63,995 nt of DNA, filler included, from Malassezia furfur (GCA_052055015.1; 15 parts of 15 records of this genome joined end to end with filler, not necessarily neighbours in it); one strand, 5' to 3'. Positions 55,494 to 63,995 are shown, numbered from the whole stretch's first letter. Notes: a model not told the origin generated them from the sequence alone. Translations and numbers: made by a program.

Positions 55494-55965
55494 CCGCCGC
55501 CCCGTCGTTGTGTGTGCTCTGAGTGCTGCCGCTCGGTTGTGTGTGTGCACTGTGCGCCGCCACCTCGGTTGTGTGTGCTCCGGGCGCCGCCCCTCGGTTG
55601 TGTGTGCTCGGGTCGCCTGGCGCCGCCCCTCGGTTGTGTGTGCTCTGGTTGCCGCCCCTCGGTTGTGTGTGCTCGGGTCGCCTGGCGCCGCCTCTCGGTT
55701 GTGTGTGGTCTGAGCGCCGCCCCTCGGCTGCGTGTGCACTGGGCACCCGGTGCCTCCCCCTCGGTTATGTGTACTCTGTGCACCTGGCGCCTCCCCCTCG
55801 GTTATGTGTACTCNNNNNNNNNNNNNNNNNNNNNNNNNNNNNNNNNNNNNNNNNNNNNNNNNNNNNNNNNNNNNNNNNNNNNNNNNNNGCCTCCCCCTCG
55901 GTTATGTGTACTCTGTGCACCTGGCGCCTCCCCCTCGGTTATGTGTACTCCGTGCGCCCGGCGCC
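55494..55965. repeat. Minisatellite with a conserved 24-25 nt core (GCCGCCCCTCGGTTGTGTGTGCTC / GCCTCCCCCTCGGTTATGTGTACTC) and 5-12 nt variable linkers; at least 12 units, with an unresolved gap at 55814-55888
   Basis: Directly visible; followed by GCCTC pentamer repeats up to the next ATG. Confidence 0.92.
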
Positions 55966-56000
55966 TCCACCGCCTCGCCTCGCCTCGCCTCGCCTCCACT

Positions 56001-56359
56001 ATGCCGGCCGACACCCCCGACTCCAACACGCACAACTCGCCGCACACGGCGCCCACGGACGCCGCCGCCGCTCCTGCCGCCGCGCCACTCGCGCTCCCAT
56101 CCACCTCGGACGCGAGCCCCGTGGCGCTCGGCGAGCAGGTCAAGCTCGACAAGCTCGGGCCCGTCGTGATACGTGCGCCGCCGCCGCTCACCCCAGGTCA
56201 ACTCCGACGGCGTACGCACACTCCACACTCACCCAGACCCTCGCGCGCCTGCCCAACTGGGACAAGATGACGCCCGACGAGCAGGAGCGCACGGTGCGCA
56301 TCCTCGCGAAGCGCAACCAGGCGCGCCTCGAAAAACTCCGCCAGCCGCCGTCTTCGTAG
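56001..56359 (+). CDS. Small conserved-looking fungal protein (LGPxVVNxDGTL.R..NW motif)
   Basis: Splicing 56169-56196 (or 56166-56196) and 56212-56236 gives LGPVVVNSDGTLARLPNWDKMTPDEQERTVRILAKRNQARL. Confidence 0.75.
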
Positions 56360-56396
56360 TTCACACGCCGCCTCCACATCGATAAACACCCCGACG

Positions 56397-56725
56397 ATGC
56401 ACGCCGTGCACGCCGGGCCAGCGTCGCCGCGCTCGGCGAGCGCCGGCGAGGCTGCGTGGCACCGCGCCGAGTTCGTCGAGACGCCCGCGATGCGGTACGT
56501 CGCCCGCTCACGCAGCAGCATGCGCTGGTTCTACGACATGGTCGACGCCGAGTCTGCCGCGGCGCGCACCACCGCCGAGCCGGACCGCACGCCGATCCAC
56601 ACGTTCGACTACATGGTGCAGCAGCACTCGCGCGCATCGCCCGCGCTGCTGTACCCGCCGTCATCGTCGTCGCCGCCGCCGCCGCCGCCCCTGCCCGCGC
56701 GGCGCACGAGCGGCGCCGCACGCGC
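56397..56725 (+). CDS. 5' fragment of an unidentified protein
   Basis: ATG plus open frame to the contig end; consensus 21-nt intron 56495-56515. Confidence 0.5.
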
Positions 56726-56825
56726 NNNNNNNNNNNNNNNNNNNNNNNNNNNNNNNNNNNNNNNNNNNNTTAATTAATTAANNNNNNNNNNNNNNNNNNN
56801 NNNNNNNNNNNNNNNNNNNNNNNNN

Positions 56826-57560
56826 GACGCGCCGTTCGCCGCGTACGCGCGCGCCGTGCCGTGCTGGCTGCGCGACTCGTCGCGCGACGAGACGTTCGTG
56901 CAGACGCACACGCCGCTCGGCGCCGTACGCCGCGCGCTCGACACGCGCACCGCCGACCGCGTGGCGCTCTCCAGCGTGCTGCTCGCGAGCGTCGCCAACG
57001 TCCTGCACGAAGCGACGCAGTCGCCGCCCGTGCTGGGGGTGCTGCAGCACGCGCGCCTCGCGTCGATCGCCGACGTCGACCGCCTCGCGGCGCCGTGCCT
57101 GAACCTCGTGCCGCTCACGCCCGCGGTGCACACCTCGGTGTACGCCACGGCCCAGGCCATCGACGAGGAGCTGCGCACGCACCGCGCGTACGAGCAGGTG
57201 GCGCTCGACGCGCTGCACCGCGCGCTGAAGCTCCCGCCCACGCCGCGCTTCAACGTCGTGGTGAACGTGCTCCAGGACGACGCAGGGGCGCCGGCGGGCA
57301 AGGCGCCCAACGCGTGGGAGCCGATACACGGCGCAGGCCTCGACCTGCTCCGCACACGCACGCCGCTCGTCGAGCGCAGCCGCCTGGACGACTGGGACGG
57401 CGCACACTGCTACCCCGCCCACCCGGTCAACCTCGACCTGGCCATCCAGGGCGAGACCCTCGTGCTGGCGATGCGGTCCATGCTCAGCGAGGAGGACGCG
57501 CGCGTGCTTTTGGACGCCATTGCACAGGCGCTGCACACCGTCGCGGCGCCCGACCCGTAG
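56826..57560 (+). CDS. C-terminal condensation-domain fragment of an NRPS (siderophore-synthetase-like)
   Basis: VDRLAAPCLNLVPL, YEQVAL and PRFNVVVN match late C-domain motifs; the protein ends on this domain. Confidence 0.55.
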   Translation, partial: DAPFAAYARAVPCWLRDSSRDETFVQTHTPLGAVRRALDTRTADRVALSSVLLASVANVLHEATQSPPVLGVLQHARLASIADVDRLAAPCLNLVPLTPAVHTSVYATAQAIDEELRTHRAYEQVALDALHRALKLPPTPRFNVVVNVLQDDAGAPAGKAPNAWEPIHGAGLDLLRTRTPLVERSRLDDWDGAHCYPAHPVNLDLAIQGETLVLAMRSMLSEEDARVLLDAIAQALHTVAAPDP

Positions 57561-57699
57561 GAATCGCTGCGTAGCACGCCCAACCACCGACCGAGCCCAG
57601 CGGCCCCCGCGCCTTCGGAACGCGGCGCCGGACCTGAACGCCGGGCGCGCCGCCTCCACAAATCCGCCCATTTCCCCCATCACACACCTACGCGTCTAA

Positions 57700-58821
57700 T
57701 TAGCCGACGTGCGCAAACTGCTCCATGCGGCCCAGATTCATCCAGAACACAAGGAGCGCCGCAAAGTGCACACCGCGCGCGAGGCTCTCGTAGCCCTCCT
57801 CGGCAACCATCTTGCGCACACAGTCGACGATCCCGCGGTACGGCGCAACGGTCGCGGCGCCATAGAACGACTCGGCCTCGTTCAGCGGCTCGGTGCACGG
57901 GCGCAGCGAGATCACCGGCTCGGCCGTGGGGTCGACGGTGCGCGGCATAAACGTGTCCGGCGCATCGCTGCCGCTCACCGCGTACGGCGCGGCGCGCTGC
58001 GTCATGAGCCGCACCGACACCACATACACCGGCACCGTGCACACGACCGTCAGCAGCGACCACGCCACCACGAGCGCGACACGCACCGCCGTCACCTGCG
58101 CAACGCGCTCCGGCGCGCCGAGCAGCACCTGCGCCCAGTCGGTGCGGTACGAGGTCATCACCACCGACGGCGTCATCTGGAACACGTTCGTGAGCAGATC
58201 GCGCACGAGCATCGAGACAAACACGCCGGGCAGCGCATACAGCCGCCACGGCTTCGCGAGCTCGTCGCGCGTCAGCACCGCCCTGACCGCGCGCCGCGGC
58301 TCAAGCCAGTTGAGCCGGTGGGGGTACACCATCGTCCGCAGCAGCAGCACCTCGAGCGGCAGCGTGAGCACCACGGGGCCCACCCACGACACCACCACAA
58401 ACGCCGCATACAGCCACCCGGCCGCGGCAGGCGCAACGTGCACGTGCGACGAGAGCAGCACAATGCCCACCACCACGAGCAGACTCACCACCGCCAGCAG
58501 GTAATTCATCGCGATAGCAAGCGTCGTGCCTTGGTACAGCCCACGCCAGCCTTCCAGCTTGCGCGTGCGTGTAATCATCGCAAACACGCCAGGCACGTCA
58601 GGGCCAAGCTTCGGCGACGCACTTGCCTCGTCGTCGTCGTCGTCTCCACCCAGCGCCACCCCTTTGGGGCGGTAGTTCGCACACTGGCGCACATAGCCCA
58701 TCCACAGCCAGAACGAGGTCAAGACAGAGATCGAGGCATTCGCCAGGAGCAGCGCAAGCACCGCCACCACAAGGCCCACGACCTTGGCGGCGCGGATCGC
58801 CGCGTACTTGAGACTGCGCAT
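57700..58821 (-). CDS. Degenerate mitochondrial-carrier-like membrane protein
   Basis: GVFAMITRTRKLEGWRGLYQG, PLEV and YRGIVDCVRKMVAEEGYESLARG carrier-repeat remnants. Confidence 0.65.
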   Translation of the reverse strand: MRSLKYAAIRAAKVVGLVVAVLALLLANASISVLTSFWLWMGYVRQCANYRPKGVALGGDDDDDEASASPKLGPDVPGVFAMITRTRKLEGWRGLYQGTTLAIAMNYLLAVVSLLVVVGIVLLSSHVHVAPAAAGWLYAAFVVVSWVGPVVLTLPLEVLLLRTMVYPHRLNWLEPRRAVRAVLTRDELAKPWRLYALPGVFVSMLVRDLLTNVFQMTPSVVMTSYRTDWAQVLLGAPERVAQVTAVRVALVVAWSLLTVVCTVPVYVVSVRLMTQRAAPYAVSGSDAPDTFMPRTVDPTAEPVISLRPCTEPLNEAESFYGAATVAPYRGIVDCVRKMVAEEGYESLARGVHFAALLVFWMNLGRMEQFAHVG

Positions 58822-59225
58822 CACGGGAGTGTGAGGTGGAGGGGCACGGACCGCGTGGGGGGGCAGGAGGGCAACGACGGCCCACCCCCGCGCGCAGCCC
58901 TGCGAGCCCGACTACGACCGCATGCGCCCGCTACGTCGAGCTCAGGCACAACTAATTGCTAGGGCCTCCTGCGTGCGGCGCCACCGCTCGACGACGGGTT
59001 TGCACCGCCACCCCCCTGCACTCGCACGGCCACGGCTAGGACCGCATGCCGGCCTACCTCACTAGCCCACCACCGACTCCAATCCCCTTGCAATAGCTAC
59101 GTAGCAGAGATACGCCCGTCGGCAGTCTCGTGGACTGCCCGCGCGTCCCCCCGGGCCGCTCGTTCGCGCCCGTGGATCCACGCTGGTCAAGCAACACATC
59201 ACGTGCACAACAACATCCTGCGACC

Positions 59226-59849
59226 ATGGCCCAAGTGCTCGACTATGCGCTGCAAGGTACGTGCAAGCCTCACCCAGTGCGCGACCGGTTCAAGGATTTC
59301 CGCGAGACGCGCCTCTCGACGGTGCGGCCGCTGAACGAGTTTGTGGACTACCACCGCATCAGCCGCCCGCGGGATACCAACGAGGCCGTGCAGCGTCTCA
59401 CGTACAACACGCGGCACTTTTCGGGCAACTATGCGGTGGTGATCGTGCTGCTTGCCGTCTATGGCCTGTACGTGGTGCACCGACTCACACAGCATCATGG
59501 CGCCGCTCCTGATTGTCGCGGTCGGCATCCTCGTCGGCGGCTTCACGGCGATCAACCGCTTCGGTACGTCGTGCGCCTCACTGACGCAGCGCCGGAGCCG
59601 ATGCAGGTCGGCAACCACGTCGTGACGCAAAAGGGGCTGTACACCGCGCTGTTCGTCGTCGGTACGTATGCGCGCGTCTCACGGCAGGCATCGTGTTGCT
59701 CTGGTTCGCCAACCCCTTCTCGTTCGTGTTCTGGCTCGTGGGCAGCAGCGCGATCCTCATCCTGGGTCACGCGGCGTTCATCGAGCCGCCCGTCTCGAGC
59801 GAGTACGCGGGCGTCGAGGTACGTGCACGCGCTCACCCAGACCGTCTGA
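59226..59849 (+). CDS. YIP3: PRA1-family Rab acceptor Yip3
   Basis: RPLNEF..ISRP..RLTYN..F.GNY, ILGHAAF; introns 59257-59277, 59468-59492, 59564-59589, 59662-59687 and 59819-59840. Confidence 0.9.
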   Translation: MAQVLDYALQGTCKPHPVRDRFKDFRETRLSTVRPLNEFVDYHRISRPRDTNEAVQRLTYNTRHFSGNYAVVIVLLAVYGLYVVHRLTQHHGAAPDCRGRHPRRRLHGDQPLRYVVRLTDAAPEPMQVGNHVVTQKGLYTALFVVGTYARVSRQASCCSGSPTPSRSCSGSWAAARSSSWVTRRSSSRPSRASTRASRYVHALTQTV

Positions 59850-59919
59850 GCCCCGCCACGGCCCATGCACCTCCACGTGCCCCACGACCCTTCGTTTCCC
59901 TCCCCCGCAGCCGGCCGGG

Positions 59920-61008
59920 ATGGCACGGCGCGCGGCAGCGGCGCAGGCGACCGTGTTCCGTCATGTATTGCCACAGTACTATCATAGGGTCGTCCCGCTC
60001 CGCGCCTACGTGCAGGCCTGTGCGCCCGACGTGCTGGACGCTGTCGCGCACTGCGACGCGGCACGGGCGCTGCTCGACGGCCTCGTGGGCCTTGTGGCCG
60101 ACGCGCCGCCCGTCGACGGCGACGGCCTCGCGCGGGTCGAGGCCGAGGGCGGCGCATGGCCGCTGCTTGCCGTACGTGGCGCGACTGACCGCAGGCGTTG
60201 CAGCACACGCAGCGCGTCCTCTTCGATGCGCGCCGCACCGACGTCCTGACGCTCGGCTACCGCCGCGACCCGATCGACGGCACCGTCGTGCACACGCATC
60301 CAAATACCGTGCTCACCAGCATCGCGACCAGTCCGGCATGGCACACGCTCGTGCAGCACCTGGGCGTGCGCCGCTTTGTCGAGATGCTGCTCACCACGGC
60401 GTACTTTGCGCCGCTGCCGCACACGCACGACTGCTACGCGCAGCTGTGGGGCGAGCCGGTGGTCGACCGCGTGCCGCACAAAGGGGCCAAGCGGCCCGCC
60501 GACGCGCCCGATGCGCCGGCCAAGCGCGCACGCCGGCGCACGGCGCCGGCGACCTCGGTCGCGTTCCGGCGCACGCGCCTCTTTTCGGCGCGCCCAGCGA
60601 CCGTGTACGGCTACGGCATCGTGCTGGGCCTCCCGCCGCACCACGTCCTCAACACGCAGGGGCCGATGCACCGGCGCACCGCGTGCCTCGCACGCAGCAT
60701 CTTCCCCGGGGAGTTTGCGCCCCGCGGACCTCGATGCGCTCGACGATACCCCCGTAGGCCCCCGTGCCGATCCGCCCGTGCCGGCGAGCACGCAGGCGCC
60801 CGCAGCGCACGACAGTGCGCGTACGCGGGGGCTGCAGCAGCTTGCGCGCGCGCGCAGCCAGGGCGAGCCGCAGTTCTACCGGTACGCGACCCCGCACAGC
60901 CGCGTGGGCTTCTACGTGCGCACGGTGCTGCGCCGCGTCGTGCCGCTCGCGCTCGTCGGCTCGCGCGCCAACCGGCGTGCGGTGTGCCGGGCGGCGGCGC
61001 GCCTCGTC
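59920..61008 (+). CDS. TERT: Telomerase reverse transcriptase, 5' part (TEN domain to start of TRBD), with an apparent frameshift
   Basis: VLTLGY..HPNT..W..L...LG...F..LL..YAQLWGEP (TEN/GQ), IFPGEF, then YATP..VGFYVR..L..VVP...G...N (QFP-like) in another frame; intron 60172-60194. Confidence 0.82.
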
Positions 61009-61123
61009 NNNNNNNNNNNNNNNNNNNNNNNNNNNNNNNNNNNNNNNNNNNNTTAATTAATTAANNNNNNNNNNNNNNNNNNNNNNNNNNNNNNNNNNNN
61101 NNNNNNNNCCCTTCCCCCCTGGC

Positions 61124-62678
61124 ATGGCGTCCATGCTCCAGGGCCGCCTGGACGGCGTCCCGGCATCCGCCGAGGTGCGCGATGCCCAGCTCGTGGTACG
61201 CACCCACACCGATGTCGTCCGCCTCCCCGTCGAGCTCGTGCTGCACACCGCCCTCACCCCCGTACGCGACACGCTCGTCCTCGAGCTCGGTCTTCTTGCG
61301 CCGCGGCCCTCCCCGACGGCCGCACGCGCATGCACCGGCGCACGCGGCACCCGCGGGCCCTACATCCTCACGCGCGCACAGTGGCGCGCACGCGCCGCCG
61401 ACCGCGCAGCGGCGCGCCTGACCCCCGTCACGCTCCGCCTGACGCTCGCGCCGGCACAGGCCGCCGACGCCGACGCCTGGCGCCGCGACGTGCACACGCG
61501 CGCCTTCCCGCAGGAGCGCAAGCGCATCCTCGTCATAGCCAACCCCGTCGGCGGGCAGGGCAACGGGAAACGCGTGCTCGACACGCAGGTCGTCCCGCTG
61601 TTCCGCGCGGCGCACTGTGCGCTGACCGTGTTCGAGACGCGCGGGCGCAGCGACGCGTTCCGCTACGTGCACGCGATGGACGTGCTCGAGTTCGACGCGC
61701 TCGTGTGCGTCGGTGGCGACGGCACGCTGCACGAGATCGTCAACGGCCTCGCGGCACGCACGGATGCCGCCGCGGCGCTCGCGGCGCTCCCGCTCGTGCC
61801 CGTGCCGTGCGGCAGCGGCAACGGCGCCTACGTCAGCCTGCACGGCGCGCACCGCTTCAACGTCGCGCTCGCGTGCCTTAGCGCGCTCAAGGGCGCTACG
61901 CATGCACAGGAGCTGTGCGTCGTGACGCAGGACGCGGCGCTCTTCCGCACGCGGCCCATCTACCCCCTCACGGGCCACGCCCAGGACGGGCGCACCTATG
62001 TCCAGTACTACTCGTTCCTGTCGCAGGCGATCGGGCTCATGGCCGACATCGATCTCGGCACGGAGCGCTTCCGCTTCCTCGGCGACTTGCGCTTCTCGCT
62101 CGGGTACGTCGTCGGCGCGATCCGCAACAAGCGCTGCGACGTGACGATCGACGTCGTGATCGGCGAGCGCGGCACGACAGTCCGTCCCGAGATGCGCCGC
62201 CGCGCGCGCGGCGCCTGTGCCGCTGCGCCTCGATACGCCGCTACCCGCAGGCGACGAGGGCGCATGGCGCCGCGTCGATGAGCCCGTCTCCACGCTGTAT
62301 GGCGGCAAGATGCCCTATGTCGCCCGCTCGCTCATGGCCTTTCCGTACGCGTCGGCGGCGGACGGCGCGATGGAGATCCTGCTGCAGACGCAGTCGTCGT
62401 CGTTCGTGCAGAAGCTCGCGTCCGTCGTCGACGGCGAGCGCGGCGAGCACGTCGAGCACCCCGGCGTGCACTACTTCAAGGTCGAGGCGTTCCGTGTGAC
62501 GCCGCACGTCCCGACGCACGGACACTACCTGAGCATCGACGGCGAGATGGTGCCGTACGGCGCGTTCCAGGTGGAAGTCGCGCCGCTCCGTATGGTGCTT
62601 GCGTCGCTCGACGATGACGAATGGCATGCGCCGATCCTGCATCCGCCCGCGGCGCAGGACGACGTCGCAGCAACGTAG
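61124..62678 (+). CDS. Sphingoid long-chain-base kinase (Lcb4/Lcb5-like), copy 1
   Basis: NPVGGQG, GGDGTLHEIVNG, PCGSGN, DIDLGTERFRFLGDLRF, GKMPY, IDGE; frame change near 62210-62250. Confidence 0.88.
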
Positions 62679-62713
62679 GCGGAGCATTCGCATAGTCACC
62701 GCATCGCGCCGGC

Positions 62714-62792
62714 CGCCGCCGAGCCGCGCGCCGCAGATTGGGCGTGCAGTGCCGGGCGCCGCCGAGCCGCGCGCCGCAGATTGGGCGTGCAG
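62714..62792. repeat. 36-bp direct duplication (period 43) containing ATTGG, between the two kinase genes
   Basis: CGCCGCCGAGCCGCGCGCCGCAGATTGGGCGTGCAG at 62714-62749 and 62757-62792. Confidence 0.9.
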
Positions 62793-62931
62793 GCTGGGCC
62801 GCATCGGGCCGAGGCCGCCGATCCGAGCCAAGATCGCCCTATGCTTGTCCGCGCCGGAAATCTGTGACACCCGCAACACCTACGACACCCGTTGTGACAC
62901 CTCCACTCCGTCCTTCCGACGGACCCTGCGC

Positions 62932-63995
62932 ATGACCTTCGTCGGCACCGTGGACGGCGCGGCGACGCGCCTCGCGCTCACCGACGACGACCAGCTCACG
63001 CTCACCTCGGTCGCACACGGCGTGACGTGGGTCGACGTCCCCGCCGCCCTCGTCCTCGACGCACACTGCGACGCATGCACCGTCACATGGTCCTTCCTGA
63101 GCCCCCGCACGCGGCCGTACCGCGCGGCGCTCGGCCAGCGCGTGTGGCCCACGTACCCGTACACGCACTACCGCCTCGCGCGCGACGCATAGCGCACACG
63201 CGACGCGTCGGCGCTCGCCGCGCCGCTGCACTGCACGACGCTCACCGCCTCGCTCGCGACGCCTGCGGACGCCGAGCGCCTGTGCGCGGCGCTCCTTGCC
63301 GCCGCGTACCCCCATAGTGCCCCGCACCGCCGCGTCCTGGTGGTGTGCAACCCCGTAAGCGGGCGCGGGCGCGGGCGCGCGGCGCTCGACGACGCCGTGC
63401 GCCCCATCCTCCGCGCCGCGGGGTGTGCCGTGGAGGTGGTGCTCCTTGCGCAGCGCTTTGACGCGCTGCGCCAGCTCGCGACGCGCGACCTGCACGCGGT
63501 CGACGCGCTGGTCGTCGTCGGCGGCGACGGCACGATGCACGAGGTGCTCAACGCGCTCGCGGCACGCGCCGACGCCGCCGACGCGCTGCGTACGCCGCTG
63601 GTGCCCGTGCCGGCCGGCAGCGGGAATGCGCTCTACATCAACCTGCACGGCGACGGGCACGGCGCAAGTGCGCCGCTCGCGTGCCTCTCGGCCATCAAGG
63701 GCACGCCGTACGCGCACGAGCTGTGCGTCGTGACGCAGCCCGCGGCGCTCTTTGCCGCGCCGCCCTACCCCCTCGTGCACACCGACGCGCACGGCTCGTA
63801 CGTACAGTACTATGCGTTCCTCTCGGTAGCGCTCGGCGTGCTCGCGGACGTCGACCTCGGCACCGAGTGGATGCGCGCGCTCGGCGACGCGCGCTTCACG
63901 CTCGGCTACCTCGCGGGCATCTGGCGCAACGCGGCGTGCGACGTCGACGTCGACGTGTGCCTCGGCGCCCAGGGCACCGTCGACCGCGCGGCCAC
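62932..63995 (+). CDS. Sphingoid long-chain-base kinase, copy 2, with an in-frame TAG at codon 87 (recoded gene or young pseudogene); 3'-truncated
   Basis: The same frame continues past TAG 63190-63192 into NPVSGRG, GGDGTMHEVLN, PAGSGN and DVDLGTEWMRALGDARF. Confidence 0.8.

Noticed and set aside
55494..55965. CRISPR array
   Set aside because: Eukaryotic context, no cas genes, linkers only 5-12 nt and re-used, repeats degenerate; retained as a minisatellite.
4354..61108. Regularly spaced TTAATTAATTAA motif every 4.3 kb or so
   Set aside because: It is always embedded in N-runs and gives stops in all six frames; it is an artificial linker between size-sorted contigs.

Overview
Very GC- and CpG-rich, extremely compact fungal DNA, most consistent with a Malassezia-type basidiomycete yeast (inferred from gene density, 21-36 nt GT-AG introns, and a eukaryotic gene set such as Med12, Nup93, Nsp1, Vps35 and TERT). 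The window is not one locus. It holds 15 contig pieces of about 4.2-4.35 kb, sorted by decreasing size and joined by artificial 100-nt N-spacers containing TTAATTAATTAA, so genes in different pieces are not linked. I can support about 45 protein-coding genes or fragments (many only after splicing micro-introns) and one intron-containing tRNA-Pro(CGG). The most notable observations are: (1) an in-frame TAG in the second of two tandem sphingoid-base kinase genes, aligned with a Trp (TGG) codon of its paralog; (2) a probable AT-AG intron whose donor is the consensus GTACGT with G+1 changed to A (both 1 and 2 are sense-strand G-to-A lesions that A-to-I editing would repair); (3) a 1.1-kb CpG-depleted, CTGG/CCAG/CTAG-rich repeat island resembling 5mC-deamination or RIP-like scarring; (4) a frameshifted TERT apparently missing its CP motif; (5) a conserved-core, variable-linker minisatellite after RPO41; (6) a CACGTG E-box in about 15 minute promoters, some only 23-44 bp long. 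All family assignments are from motif recognition only; no searches were run.
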